Assembly: GCA_043803685.1 (NCBI GenBank) | Contig: JAZDJU010000085.1 | Coordinates: 1 to 44,108, forward strand | Source of the DNA: Candidatus Omnitrophota bacterium | GTDB lineage: Bacteria > Omnitrophota > Omnitrophia > Omnitrophales > Aquincolibacteriaceae | Direction: 5' to 3' | DNA length: 44,108 bases | Shown here: positions 26,522 through 36,669 of the stretch, piece by piece | Numbering within the stretch: position 1 is the stretch's first letter | Layout of the letters: every line of letters starts with the position of its first letter | Position numbers and translations under genes: made by a program | The notes under the pieces: model-generated | What the model was told of the DNA's origin: nothing | What the model saw: only the letters and a program-made list of their open reading frames with translations | The model's database searches: none

Positions 26522-27829
26522 TTAGCGGAGGTTAGAAGCGATCCTGGCCGCGGGATAGCGGACCATGCGGTAGATCCACTGCCGCAGACCGTAGCTTTCG
26601 GGGTGCTGGGAGTTCGAAGCGTCCTGTTTTTCGGGATGATAATATTCCCAGACGATCTTTTTTTCGGGTGTGATCTCGAACACACGCCCGCGCTCGCTTT
26701 CCGTTACGAGCGTATTCCCGTTGGGAAGCCGCTGGACGTAGCCTTGGGAAAGAGTATAGAAACCGTCAGAGCGATATTCCCAAACGATCTTGAGCGTCAC
26801 GGGATCGATCTCGAGCACGCGGGACTCGCCGCGATAGCGCCCATTATCCAAAAGGAGGATCCTTCCGCTCTCAAGCAGGGTCGGGGCATGCTGTCCTTCG
26901 ATCCCGCCCTCAACGTCACCCGCGATGCATTTCCAGACAATGGCGCGGGTTTCACGGTCCAGAATGAACATCATGCTTCCGTGGCGAAAACTGATAAGCC
27001 AGTTCCCGGGCTGAAACCTCGCGTCCCGCTTCCCGAGCGGCGTATCCGGCAAGACCTGAATCGAGTTAAGCCGGTAGTAATCGTAGTGACCGCCCCACGG
27101 TGTGATCTCTTTTCGCCGGGCGGGTTCCGGTAGAAAAAAAACTTTCGGCCGGTCAAGCTCGAGAGGCTTATGGAATTTCTGGATCTCCTGAAGATGTTCC
27201 CAAGTCGACCAACGCGTCAATTCACGACCCTCGAGATCGAACTCGACTATGACGCAAAAATCCACGTCCCGGCCTTTGTAGGGATGCATTTCCTTGGTGA
27301 GCGTCAGCAGCGTGCCCTGCGGCGTGAACACGATGTCATGATGAATGGGCAGATCCATTTCCCAGACAGGCTTGTCATCCCAGGTAAAGAGGCCCCACTT
27401 GCGGGACTCGTAAGAAGTCTGCGCCACATATCTTCCGTCCGAAAGCAACAATCCGAGGTAACGGTTGCGCCATTTTTTAAGCGTTCGCCCCTCACGATCG
27501 ATCAGTCGTCCATCACATAGATTGTAGCCATCCGCCATGGCCGATGCGTCATGCCGATGAGCTCCTGAAAGAGACTCATCAAATTTTTTAAGATCCAGAG
27601 GAACGTTCGAACTTCTTCGCTGTTTGCTCCGAAAACGTCTAAAGAAATTCCCGATCGTGTGGCGAAAAAAGTGAGCGAAGAAGGCGGCAAGCACGGCAAG
27701 AATTCCGGCGACCATGGGAAAGGCCGACCCGACTAGATATCCGCCTGTTCCCGGATCGATATAGGCATGGGCGGGATCTGGCAGGATCGAGATCAGAAAT
27801 AAAAACAGCCAAAAAATTTTCATGGCCAT
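26522..27829 (-). CDS. Arylsulfotransferase-like beta-propeller with an N-terminal AYIDPGTG membrane module
   Basis: HHD, NSIQ, SFRH, QHAP, DNG, VQRLPNGNTLVTE and IVWEY repeats; N-terminal HAYIDPGTGG followed by a TM helix. Confidence 0.7.
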   Translation of the reverse strand: MAMKIFWLFLFLISILPDPAHAYIDPGTGGYLVGSAFPMVAGILAVLAAFFAHFFRHTIGNFFRRFRSKQRRSSNVPLDLKKFDESLSGAHRHDASAMADGYNLCDGRLIDREGRTLKKWRNRYLGLLLSDGRYVAQTSYESRKWGLFTWDDKPVWEMDLPIHHDIVFTPQGTLLTLTKEMHPYKGRDVDFCVIVEFDLEGRELTRWSTWEHLQEIQKFHKPLELDRPKVFFLPEPARRKEITPWGGHYDYYRLNSIQVLPDTPLGKRDARFQPGNWLISFRHGSMMFILDRETRAIVWKCIAGDVEGGIEGQHAPTLLESGRILLLDNGRYRGESRVLEIDPVTLKIVWEYRSDGFYTLSQGYVQRLPNGNTLVTESERGRVFEITPEKKIVWEYYHPEKQDASNSQHPESYGLRQWIYRMVRYPAARIASNLR

Positions 27830-27959
27830 TCCGTCCGGGCTCTGTCCGGGCTAGTTTCCTTTTCGCGGGGCGGAACGAGACCGGATCTCAAAGCGGAAAG
27901 CATCGATCTTCGTGATTTAAAACGCCGTGGGAACTGGAAGAGGACAAAAGAAGGAGCTC

Positions 27960-28268
27960 CTAAAGCGCTAAGGCCGCATACTTGGCGTAGGGTGCTCCGC
28001 CACGGGCCACATCCACCACTCCGCCCACCACTCCTGTTACGGTTTGAACGGTTCCGCGAAGCGCTCCGGTCACGAGACCAAAGGGGAACATCACGCGCCC
28101 GGAGTCCTGTAGCATCGCCTTTGGAATAGCAAAGACTCCCCCCACGATCTTGCCAGCCCCGCGGGCAGCGTAGGCAATGTCCTCACCCGTTCCGGCATAA
28201 CCCGAGGAGGGTAGGAGGAACAGGCTCATCACGATCAAAACAGCCGAGAAGATTTTGTGTGTTTTCAT
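27960..28268 (-). CDS. Small exported Gly/Ala-rich hypothetical protein
   Basis: Signal peptide ending GYA; amphipathic Gly-rich helices; GAGG SD. Confidence 0.6.
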   Translation of the reverse strand: MKTHKIFSAVLIVMSLFLLPSSGYAGTGEDIAYAARGAGKIVGGVFAIPKAMLQDSGRVMFPFGLVTGALRGTVQTVTGVVGGVVDVARGGAPYAKYAALAL

Positions 28269-28339
28269 TTTTGAACCCTCTTCTATTGTCGGCATTAAAG
28301 CTTTGAACTTTCGCGGATTTTCGCTATGATAACGCCCCT

Positions 28340-29257
28340 ATGAAGAACATCCTTGTCACGGGCGGTTCCGGCTTTATCGGCTCGAACATAGCCCTCGAAC
28401 TTCAATCCCGTTTCCCCGGGGCCCGCATCACGGTCTTGGAGGACTTTCGCAGTTCCTGTTTCAAGAACATCCTCGGCTTCAAAGGCGATGTGCTCGCCTA
28501 CGACTGCTCCGACAAGTCCTGGATGAACTGGGCTAAAGGGAAAAAGCTCGACATAATCTATCACATGGCCGCCATCACGGACACGACGATCCTCGATGAG
28601 CAAAAAATGATGTTTGATAACGTCGAAGGCTTCCGTAATATCCTGGACCTCGCCGTCGAGAAAAAAGCCGCCGTCGTTTATGCCTCTTCCGCCGCGACTT
28701 ATGGTTCGATCGGCCACCCCATCAAGGAATCCGACGCCGGTCAACCCAACAATATTTATGGCTATTCCAAGTGGATCATGGACCAACTGGCCCCTTCCTA
28801 CTACGACAAGATTAAAGTGGTCGGGCTCCGGTTTTTTAACGTCTTCGGTCCTAGGGAATATTACAAAGGACATGCTTCCAGCATGATCTATCAGCTTGCG
28901 CTCAAGATGATGGAAGGCCACCGTCCCCGCATCTTCAAGTGGGGCGAACAAAAACGCGATCATATCTATGTTAAGGACGTCGTTACAGCGACGCTCATGG
29001 CCCACACCGCGCCAAGATCCACCGTCATGAACCTGGGCACGGGACAGGCGACCTCTTTCAATGAGATCGTGGATGCCCTCAACGAAGCGCTTGGCACAAA
29101 CCACAAGCCTGACTATTTCGACAATCCCTACAGTTTTTATCAGAACTTCACGCAGGCGGACATGAGCCACCACGAAAAGATGACCGGCTTTCGCTGCCAC
29201 TACACCACGCGGGAAGGCATTCTCGATTACGTCCGGAATTATCTGCAGAAGAAATAG
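28340..29257 (+). CDS. hldD: ADP-L-glycero-D-manno-heptose 6-epimerase
   Basis: TGGSGFIGSN, YASSAATYG, YGYSK, LRFFNVFGPRE..KG and YQNFTQAD motifs. Confidence 0.9.
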   Translation: MKNILVTGGSGFIGSNIALELQSRFPGARITVLEDFRSSCFKNILGFKGDVLAYDCSDKSWMNWAKGKKLDIIYHMAAITDTTILDEQKMMFDNVEGFRNILDLAVEKKAAVVYASSAATYGSIGHPIKESDAGQPNNIYGYSKWIMDQLAPSYYDKIKVVGLRFFNVFGPREYYKGHASSMIYQLALKMMEGHRPRIFKWGEQKRDHIYVKDVVTATLMAHTAPRSTVMNLGTGQATSFNEIVDALNEALGTNHKPDYFDNPYSFYQNFTQADMSHHEKMTGFRCHYTTREGILDYVRNYLQKK

Positions 29258-29297
29258 ATCCGCCAGCTCTTAAAGGGACAAGGATTGGAGCGAAGCC

Positions 29298-30350
29298 ATG
29301 AAACGTGAACAATTCATCTCTTTTTTCTTCATCGGGATCCTGGCCTACATCATTTACCAGGTCTTCAACATCTTTGCGCCGTTTTTTACGGCCATTTTCT
29401 GGGCAGCAATCCTTTCCTTCGCGTTCTATCCCCTTTACGAGAAACTGCGTGGGCGGTTCCCGAGGCAGAAAAACTCCATCCCGATCATCATGACCGTTGG
29501 AGTATTCCTGGTTGTCGTCCCCCCCCTCATTTTCGTGATCCTCAACATGACCACGCAGATCATTGAATTTTCCCAATGGGCTTACGGCTATGTTCGTGAC
29601 GGAAAACTGGAACAATTGGTCGAACAGATCCGCGGGCTTCCCTGGTTCCAGAATATCCAGACCCACATCGGCGGATCTCAAACGTTAAAAGACACGCTTT
29701 CGTCCTGGCTGCTCGGGACAACAAAAAACCTCGGCAACCTCGCCGCGGCCCAAGCGGGAACTTTCACCCGGAACATCTTCTTCATCCTCCTGAACGTTTT
29801 CTTTATGTCCTTTCTGACCTTTGTTTTTTTTAAACACGGGGAAAGGATCTACAATTTCATTTATGAGATCGCGCCGTTCGAACCTGACACCAAAAAAGCT
29901 CTCTTCAAACAGATCCATGAAACCTTTGTCGCGGTCATCCGCGGACAGCTCCTGACCAGTGTCACCCAAGCAACCGTCGCGGGGATCCTGTTCACGGCAT
30001 TGGGCGTCCCACTCCCTCTTTTTTTCACGTTCCTGATCTTTTTGACCTCCCTCATCCCCATCCTTGGCGCCGCCAGCGTCTGGGTCCCAATCGCGATCTT
30101 TCTCGCGATCCAACATCTTTACGTCAAGGCGATCATTCTTGCGGTGGTGGGAGCCTTAGGGATCAGTTTGCTCGACAACATCATGAAGCCAGCGATTATC
30201 GGGGAAAAAACAAAACTGCCTTACTTCCTTCTCTTCTTCGGGATCATGGGAGGGATGAAATTCTACGGCCTGATGGGGATCTTCCTGGCGCCGGTGGTGC
30301 TTTCGATCTTTTTCGCCCTGATCAAGATCTATCGCGAGAAATACGTTTGA
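29298..30350 (+). CDS. AI-2E family transporter
   Basis: Multi-TM; IPILGA..VWVP, DNIMKP and GGM.FYGLMGIFLAP motifs. Confidence 0.9.
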   Translation: MKREQFISFFFIGILAYIIYQVFNIFAPFFTAIFWAAILSFAFYPLYEKLRGRFPRQKNSIPIIMTVGVFLVVVPPLIFVILNMTTQIIEFSQWAYGYVRDGKLEQLVEQIRGLPWFQNIQTHIGGSQTLKDTLSSWLLGTTKNLGNLAAAQAGTFTRNIFFILLNVFFMSFLTFVFFKHGERIYNFIYEIAPFEPDTKKALFKQIHETFVAVIRGQLLTSVTQATVAGILFTALGVPLPLFFTFLIFLTSLIPILGAASVWVPIAIFLAIQHLYVKAIILAVVGALGISLLDNIMKPAIIGEKTKLPYFLLFFGIMGGMKFYGLMGIFLAPVVLSIFFALIKIYREKYV

Positions 30351-30351
30351 C

Positions 30352-30396
30352 ATCAAAAAGCTTAAGAAACTTAAAAAGCTCAATAAGCTCAACCGG
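30352..30396. repeat. Five imperfect 9-bp tandem units (consensus CTYAAAAAG)
   Basis: ATCAAAAAG CTTAAGAAA CTTAAAAAG CTCAATAAG CTCAACCGG, between convergent genes. Confidence 0.6.
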
Positions 30397-30448
30397 CTGA
30401 TCGCTTCTAAGCCTCTTCCGTATTTTCAACTTTTAAATCCTGTTCGCT

Positions 30449-31555
30449 TCAGCTCCCGAGGATCTTCGTCCCCTGACCGATCCGGATGCCTTTGATCATG
30501 GACTGAAGATCTTCCCCCGAGGAACTTGCCGCAAGCGCGGTCTCCTGAGTGATCTTCCCGGCCTTCCAAAGATCCAGGAGCGACTGATCCATCGTCTGCA
30601 TCCCTTCTTCGCGGGCATTGCGGATCGCCTGAGGGATCTTATCGATCTTTTTCTCGAGGACCAATTGCCGCGTCGTGTAATTACCCAAAAGAATCTCCGT
30701 CGCAGGCACTAGCGCTTTTCCGTCTATGGCCGGCAGAAGCTTCTGGACCACGATGCAGGACATATTGGCCGCAAAATAGCGCAAAACCGATTCTCGTTCC
30801 AATGGCGGAAAAAAACCAAGAACGCGGTCGAACACCTGGCTCGCAGATTGGGCGTGAACTGTCGAGATCACGAGTCTCCCCACCTCAGCCGCGGAAAGCG
30901 CAAAACTGAAAGACTCCGCGTCACGCATCTCGCCGATCACGATCACATCCGGAGACTGACGCACGATATATTTCAAGGCGGAGCTGAAACTTTCCGCATC
31001 CTGTCCGATCTCGCGTTGCTGGATAAGACACCGGCCGTCCATATACGTGTATTCCACCGGATCCTCGATCGTGAGAATATGTTTCTCGACGCTCTCATTC
31101 ATAGCGCGGATCATGGCCGCCACAGTCGTGGTCTTCCCCGATGAGACCGTTCCGCCAACCAGAATAATACCGGATTTTTCCATCGCAACCTTTTTGAGGA
31201 TCGGAGGCAATCCTAACTCTTCGAAGCTCGGAATACCCTTCCAAAGCAAGCGCAGGACCAGGGAAACCTGCCCCTGTTGAAAGAAAGCATTGGCCCGGAA
31301 ACGACAGTTCTCTTTCTGGAAAGAAAGACCAAAATCCACGCTCCTGTTCTTTAGGAGCATTTCCTTTTGCTGAGGGTCCAGTAATTCCGAAACGATCTCA
31401 TGGATCTCCTCTCCTGAAAGAGCCTTCAGAGGCAACGATACCACCTGGCCACCAAGCCGCATACGGGGAGGGGTCCCGGCCTTAAAAAAAACGTCCTGGC
31501 CCTTCTGTTCAACGACCATTCCAAGGCAGGATGCCAAAAAATCTTTCGTATCCAT
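30449..31555 (-). CDS. PilT/PilU family type IV pilus retraction ATPase
   Basis: RFRANAF, Walker A GTVSSGKTTT, TIEDPVE, QREIG, PDVIVIGEMRD, STVH and GMQTMDQSL motifs. Confidence 0.92.
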   Translation of the reverse strand: MDTKDFLASCLGMVVEQKGQDVFFKAGTPPRMRLGGQVVSLPLKALSGEEIHEIVSELLDPQQKEMLLKNRSVDFGLSFQKENCRFRANAFFQQGQVSLVLRLLWKGIPSFEELGLPPILKKVAMEKSGIILVGGTVSSGKTTTVAAMIRAMNESVEKHILTIEDPVEYTYMDGRCLIQQREIGQDAESFSSALKYIVRQSPDVIVIGEMRDAESFSFALSAAEVGRLVISTVHAQSASQVFDRVLGFFPPLERESVLRYFAANMSCIVVQKLLPAIDGKALVPATEILLGNYTTRQLVLEKKIDKIPQAIRNAREEGMQTMDQSLLDLWKAGKITQETALAASSSGEDLQSMIKGIRIGQGTKILGS

Positions 31556-31736
31556 GAGACTCCTTTCGCGCTTAGGGGATCTTCAAAAATTCGGGTCATT
31601 TTAACAGCCTGGAAAGGACGCCGCAATAGTCCTCTCGATTCGGGAAAACAAAAATAAATTTCCTTTTCGTTCGGGGCTTGGTTATTATAGAGATGTTCGA
31701 GGTCTTGGAATACAAAAAATCCTGGGGGCAGACACC

Positions 31737-33116
31737 GTGAAGATCATGGCAAGAACTTCGGCTGAAGAGTTCTATCAAAAAGCCTGTCAGCTGTACCGCC
31801 TCCGGATCCTCGTTATCTTCTTTCTCATTCCTCTCTACATGATCACCTGCAAATGGGGCGATTTTACGATCGCAAACATGTGGCCCCTTTTTATCGTGGT
31901 CGGGATCGAACTTTTCGTGAACTATCCTTACAAGTTCTTTTTCCGGGACGCCCGATCAGGGACCGAATCCCTCATCGCCTCCGTCACGATCGACTTTCTG
32001 GCGGAAACCGCGGCACTTCACCTTTTGGGGAATGTGGACCTTTTCATCTACGCCTCCTGTTATTTTATCTCCGTGGTCTATTGCACACTCAATCTGCCAA
32101 CCGTCCTGACCCTGCAACTGGCCACCCTCGCCTCCTCCCTCTACGCGGGATTGATCGTCCTCGGACGTTTTCATGTCATCCCCCAAACCGTTTCGTTCGG
32201 TCCCGGCTTGAACTCGGTCCAGGAAACCGCCATCATCTTCCGGCATATCGCTTTCTTCTATTTGATCGCGATCTTCATGAGGTTCCTGGCCTCCGCCCTG
32301 ATCAAAAAGGACGAGCGCCTTGAACAGCTCCTCTGGGAACTCCGGGAAACGAATGAACGGGTCAAATACTCTTATCATATGCAAACCGATTATTTCGCCC
32401 GCATGAGCCATGAGATCCGCTCCGCGCTCAACACGATCTCCGGCTTTTCCCAGCTCCTGCTCGAAAGCACGACCGAACCGCCCACAGTCAAACAGAAAGA
32501 TTTCCTCTCCCGTATCGAGCGCAGCTCCACGCATCTTCGCGAACTGGTGAACGATGTTCTCGATATTTCAAAGATCGAATCCAAAAAAATGAAGCTGACC
32601 CTTCGCAAGATCGATCTCGTCAAAGTGATCGAAACGGCGTTAGAGGTGTTCAGCAAGGAAGCCCTCACGGAACACCTGAGCCTGACATTCTCAAAGAAAC
32701 CCCTCAACCTACGGATCACGGCCGATGAGCTGAAGATCCGCCAGATCCTCTACAACTTGCTATCCAATGCTCTGAAATTCACGCATCAGGGCTCTGTCGA
32801 GGTCATCCTGGAAAAAGAGACGGACGGCGGGGCCACGATCACCGTCGAGGATTCAGGCCCCGGCATCGCTCCTGAGAACTTGGAGGCTATTTTCCGGCCC
32901 TACGAACAGGCGGGACGCGCGACAGACCAACAGCATCACGGAACGGGCCTGGGACTTGCCATCAGTAAACAATTCGTGGAAATGCACGGAGGGAAAATCC
33001 GGATCGAAAGCGAACTCGGGAAAGGATCCCGGTTCATTGTAACACTCCCCGCCCTTCCTCCCGCAGCGCCTTCCGAGGAGGACGCTCTCCTGGCGGCCCC
33101 TAAAAGAACCCCCTAG
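31737..33116 (+). CDS. Membrane-bound sensor histidine kinase
   Basis: About 6 TMs; H-box MSHEIRS, N-box [11 protein letters not shown]1 DSGPGI, G2 GTGLGL. Confidence 0.93.
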   Translation: MKIMARTSAEEFYQKACQLYRLRILVIFFLIPLYMITCKWGDFTIANMWPLFIVVGIELFVNYPYKFFFRDARSGTESLIASVTIDFLAETAALHLLGNVDLFIYASCYFISVVYCTLNLPTVLTLQLATLASSLYAGLIVLGRFHVIPQTVSFGPGLNSVQETAIIFRHIAFFYLIAIFMRFLASALIKKDERLEQLLWELRETNERVKYSYHMQTDYFARMSHEIRSALNTISGFSQLLLESTTEPPTVKQKDFLSRIERSSTHLRELVNDVLDISKIESKKMKLTLRKIDLVKVIETALEVFSKEALTEHLSLTFSKKPLNLRITADELKIRQILYNLLSNALKFTHQGSVEVILEKETDGGATITVEDSGPGIAPENLEAIFRPYEQAGRATDQQHHGTGLGLAISKQFVEMHGGKIRIESELGKGSRFIVTLPALPPAAPSEEDALLAAPKRTP

Positions 33117-33424
33117 GTCTTTTTCATTCCTTTACAGTATCCGGAACTTCTTTCCGTCTTCCATCCCAAGGGGAAATCACGGCATTGCGCAGGTCTTGCA
33201 GGATAGACCTCGCAACCGTTCGCCCCAAGAAAAAGACACGTTTCATCCGTGCGTTTTTTTAGCGCGAGATGCCTCCGATCCATAAGAAGGCAATACGCTT
33301 CCGTGAAGTGATAGATCTCGATACCGAGATGCGCGGCAAGCCGCTTGGCGTCTTCTTCCTTCAGGTAAACAAATCCGGATTGTTTACAGCAAGCGCCACA
33401 GCGTTGACATGGAAAGGAGGTCAT
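33113..33424 (-). CDS. YkgJ family cysteine-cluster protein (CxxCxxCC)
   Basis: [12 protein letters not shown] and [15 protein letters not shown] motifs. Confidence 0.9.
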   Translation of the reverse strand: MTSFPCQRCGACCKQSGFVYLKEEDAKRLAAHLGIEIYHFTEAYCLLMDRRHLALKKRTDETCLFLGANGCEVYPARPAQCRDFPLGWKTERSSGYCKGMKKT

Positions 33425-33447
33425 AGCAAGAAAGGGAGAGAACCTGC

Positions 33448-33487
33448 GGGATATCGGATGGCGGTCCTTCGCTCCATCCGATATCCC
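33448..33487 (-). terminator. Strong hairpin after the DUF4870 gene (terminator or stabilising stem)
   Basis: Perfect 14-bp stem GGGATATCGGATGG/CCATCCGATATCCC with a 12-nt loop; no clear U-tract. Confidence 0.5.
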
Positions 33488-33499
33488 TTGGTAGGAACT

Positions 33500-33841
33500 T
33501 TACTTGGAGAGTTGCTGTTCGACGAAATCTCCGACCACAGGCAATTTGTAGCGCTCGCCCTTATAGGCCTTGACCATCAAAACGATCCAAAGCACGAGGC
33601 CCAGGGGCCAAAGGAGCAAACTCACGAGGACCCCCAATACCGGGATGAACCCGATGACCAACGAAACAACAAAAAGCGCGAGGAACGTCACAAGGGATTG
33701 CATCGCGTGAAAACGAACGAAAGCATTTTTCTGTTCGACCAGCAGAAAAATAAGCCCTGACACCCAACCTAACGCGTAGCAAAGAAGCCCTTCAAGGTTT
33801 TCCGTCACTCCCAAAACTGTGTTTTTGTTTTCATCCGCCAT
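33500..33841 (-). CDS. DUF4870 (Tic20-like) membrane protein
   Basis: LCYALGWVSGLIFL, FVRFHAMQS and KAYKGERYKLPVVG motifs. Confidence 0.88.
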   Translation of the reverse strand: MADENKNTVLGVTENLEGLLCYALGWVSGLIFLLVEQKNAFVRFHAMQSLVTFLALFVVSLVIGFIPVLGVLVSLLLWPLGLVLWIVLMVKAYKGERYKLPVVGDFVEQQLSK

Positions 33842-33927
33842 CTGAAACCCCCTTTATCGTTTAAGAGCACGTTGGAACTCATTCTAGCGTATTTTTTTAA
33901 AAAAAGCACCTTTCCTTAAAAAGAGGG

Positions 33928-33956
33928 TTTACCCTACTATCGCGCGGCTCTATAAT
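33928..33956 (+). promoter_or_regulatory. Putative sigma70 promoter of the HIT gene
   Basis: TTTACC-N17-TATAAT. Confidence 0.55.
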
Positions 33957-34020
33957 TGCATGGGGTTTGAAACTCCCGGAAGCAACTTTAAAACACTACT
34001 ACACATTGACGAGGTGCGCT

Positions 34021-34413
34021 ATGCCCACTGTTTTTTCCAAGATCCTTTCGGGAGAGATCGCCGCTCACAAGATCCTCGAAGATGAAAAATATCTCGCCTT
34101 TCTTGATATCCGTCCCGTGAATCCCGGCCACACGCTTGTCATTCCCAAGCAAGAGGTGGATTATATCTTTGACATCGAGGATGAACTATTGAAGGGACTG
34201 ATGATCTTTGCCAAAAGGGTCGCCAAGGCTGTCCGAAAAACGATCCCCTGCAAAAAAGTGGGTGTCATGGTCGCGGGGTTGGAAGTTCCTCACGCCCATA
34301 TCCATCTGATCCCGATCATTGAAAATCTCGCGGAACTTGCTTTTGCCAGGGCAAAAGCGATGCCTCAGGAAGAGCTTGCCGCGATCGCCGCGAAAATGCG
34401 GGCGAATCTGTAA
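34021..34413 (+). CDS. HIT family nucleotide hydrolase
   Basis: FLDIRP, GHTLVIPK and HAHIHLIP histidine triad; GAGG SD. Confidence 0.93.
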   Translation: MPTVFSKILSGEIAAHKILEDEKYLAFLDIRPVNPGHTLVIPKQEVDYIFDIEDELLKGLMIFAKRVAKAVRKTIPCKKVGVMVAGLEVPHAHIHLIPIIENLAELAFARAKAMPQEELAAIAAKMRANL

Positions 34414-34425
34414 CGAAGATTCGTT

Positions 34426-35022
34426 CTAAGCCGATTTCAGAAAAGCAGCCAAAAGCTTTGGGTAGCTCGTCGCAACCGGAAATTTCGGGAATTGGCGAAT
34501 GATCTTGGCGGGAGGGCAGAAAAGGATTCCGCGATCGGCAACCTTGAGCATCGCAATGTCATTATAGGAATCCCCCGCGGCCACGACTTCAAACCCGAGG
34601 CTCTGGATCCCTCGAACCGCTTGTTTCTTGCCATTCTTTTGCCGCAAATGATAATTCGAGATAAACCCGTTCTTGTCCGTCGAAAGCCAGTTGCAGAAAA
34701 GCGTCGGGTTCCCGAGTTTCTTCATCATGGGTCGGGCAAACTCGTAATAGGTATCGGAGAGAATAATGACCTGGTATTTTTCCTGAAGCTTTCTCAGGAA
34801 CGCCTTGGCGCCCGGGAGCGGCTCCATGCGCTTGATCACGGCCTGGATGTCCCGGAGCTTAATCCCCTCTTCTTTCAGGATCGCGAGCCGGTAGCGCATG
34901 AGCTTATCGTAGTCGGGTTCGTCACGCGTGGTGATCGTGAGCGCTTTGATCCCTGTTTTTTTTGCCACGTTGATCCATATTTCCGGGATCAACACACCTT
35001 CAAGATCAAGACAACAGATCAT
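34426..35022 (-). CDS. thrH: Phosphoserine phosphatase / homoserine phosphotransferase ThrH
   Basis: CLDLEGVLIPEIW, TTRDEPDYDKLM, LSDTY and GDSYND motifs; TAAGGAG SD. Confidence 0.92.
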   Translation of the reverse strand: MICCLDLEGVLIPEIWINVAKKTGIKALTITTRDEPDYDKLMRYRLAILKEEGIKLRDIQAVIKRMEPLPGAKAFLRKLQEKYQVIILSDTYYEFARPMMKKLGNPTLFCNWLSTDKNGFISNYHLRQKNGKKQAVRGIQSLGFEVVAAGDSYNDIAMLKVADRGILFCPPAKIIRQFPKFPVATSYPKLLAAFLKSA

Positions 35023-35104
35023 GTTCAGCTCCTTAGGTCGATTTACGTGGGGATTATAGCCGAACACGGAATCTTTGAAAAACGATCTTTTGGATTAAAA
35101 CCCC

Positions 35105-35878
35105 TCAAGCGAAATGATTGACGGGGCCAAAGCCCTTGCCGAGACCAGGACTAGTGCGGATCGCGCGGGTGATGAATTTTTTTGCGATCGAAACCGCGGT
35201 AAAAAGATCTTTCCCCTTCGCCAATTCGGCAGTAATGGCGGCAGAATACGTGCATCCGGTCCCGTGCGTATGGCGCGTCCTGATCCGCGAAGCCTTGAGC
35301 AGACGGACCCGGCCCTGTTGCCACAAAAGATCCACGGCTTCTCCCTGAAGATGCCCCCCTTTGACAAGCACCGCCTGAGGACCGAAACCGGCAATGATCC
35401 GCGCGGCTTTCTCCATAGATTCCAGATCGTGAACCCTGATCCCGCTCAAGATCTCTGCCTCACAAAGGTTCGGCGTGATCAACGTGGCAAGAGGCGCCAG
35501 TTCTTTTATAAAAATACGAACCGCTCTCTGTTGAAGCAGCAAAGCGCCGTGCTTGCTCACCATGACCGGATCCACAACAAGAGGGACCCTGCACCGCCGG
35601 ATCGTTTCCGCGACCGCCCGAAGGACCTTCTCGTCCCCTAGCGCTCCTGTCTTGATCGCCTGGGGCGGAATATCCGTCAGCACAGCTTTGATTTGATGAA
35701 CCACCTGGGAGGGCTTCATGACATAAACGGCTTGAACACCGCGTGTGTTCTGAGCCGTAAGAAGTGTGACGACGGCCATGCCATAGACCTTGCGCTGATG
35801 GAAGGTCTTGAGATCGGCCTGAATGCCTGCTCCGCCCGAAGGATCGGAACCGGCGATAGATAGTACTCGTGGGATCAT
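35105..35878 (-). CDS. thiD: Hydroxymethylpyrimidine/phosphomethylpyrimidine kinase
   Basis: IAGSDPSGGAGIQADLKT, VDPVMV, TPNLCEA, KGGH and THGTGCT motifs. Confidence 0.95.
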   Translation of the reverse strand: MIPRVLSIAGSDPSGGAGIQADLKTFHQRKVYGMAVVTLLTAQNTRGVQAVYVMKPSQVVHQIKAVLTDIPPQAIKTGALGDEKVLRAVAETIRRCRVPLVVDPVMVSKHGALLLQQRAVRIFIKELAPLATLITPNLCEAEILSGIRVHDLESMEKAARIIAGFGPQAVLVKGGHLQGEAVDLLWQQGRVRLLKASRIRTRHTHGTGCTYSAAITAELAKGKDLFTAVSIAKKFITRAIRTSPGLGKGFGPVNHFA

Positions 35879-35958
35879 GGGAACTGATATCCCTTTTTTT
35901 TGCCGAAGGGACAAGCGTGATAAACATCTTCCATGGAAAAAAATCCCATGCCTAAACC

Positions 35959-36456
35959 CTAATCGAGAGCTTGTTTAAAGAAATCGACGAATGTTTCGGG
36001 GTCGACACCCGTCGAAAGCCGCACGACCGCGGAGGACTGAGGGAGATGCAGGAAAAAAGAAGGAAATCCGCGGATCCGGTATTGGGAGGCAAGATCATCT
36101 TCGCGGATCCCGGATTCCGGATTGATCATGACTTTGATCATATCTTTCATCGCATCCCGGACCAAAGGCGACGACAACACCTCTTTCTCGAACTTGCGGC
36201 AATAAGGACACCACGCAGTAGTCATGTAAACAACCATCGGCTTATGAGTGCTCTTGTATTCCACGACCGCCTGGTCATACCCTGAAGCCCCTTGATACCA
36301 CCCTTCGGACCATGGGCCCGTCACCGATGTCGCGGCAGACGCTGGGGCAGAAGCAGGTAAGCGGATCGCCTGAGGATCTTCGGCATAACATCCCGATCCC
36401 ATAGCAAAAAAGGATAGCAGAAAGAGTGAGATCATTATTTTAAAACGCACATTCAC
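35959..36456 (-). CDS. Exported thioredoxin-fold protein (WCPYC)
   Basis: Signal peptide; WCPYCRKFE and YRIRGFPSF motifs. Start uncertain (GTG 36456 or 36450, or ATG 36435). Confidence 0.8.
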   Translation of the reverse strand: MNVRFKIMISLFLLSFFAMGSGCYAEDPQAIRLPASAPASAATSVTGPWSEGWYQGASGYDQAVVEYKSTHKPMVVYMTTAWCPYCRKFEKEVLSSPLVRDAMKDMIKVMINPESGIREDDLASQYRIRGFPSFFLHLPQSSAVVRLSTGVDPETFVDFFKQALD

Positions 36457-36582
36457 CCCGTTAGAGATAGGTAGCATTTCTTAAAGTGCTTCCGTAAGTT
36501 AATAAACAATACAATTCACAAATCCCCGTTTTCCGATCCGAATTTTACAAGAATAGATCCTTATCCGTAATCTCTAACGGGG
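36456..36582. repeat. 13-bp perfect inverted repeat bracketing a 101-bp AT-rich segment
   Basis: CCCCGTTAGAGAT (36456-36468) and ATCTCTAACGGGG (36570-36582). Confidence 0.75.
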
Positions 36583-36669
36583 CAAGTCTCCCGAAATATT
36601 TTTTGTATTCTAGCATAGAGCTCGGGGGAAATACGCTTCTTTTCCAACGCCCGGTTCGGCGAGAGCCTC

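Noticed and set aside
33500..33841. Magnetosome MamF-like assignment for the DUF4870 protein
   Set aside because: Tic20/DUF4870 proteins are widespread and no other mam genes are in the window.
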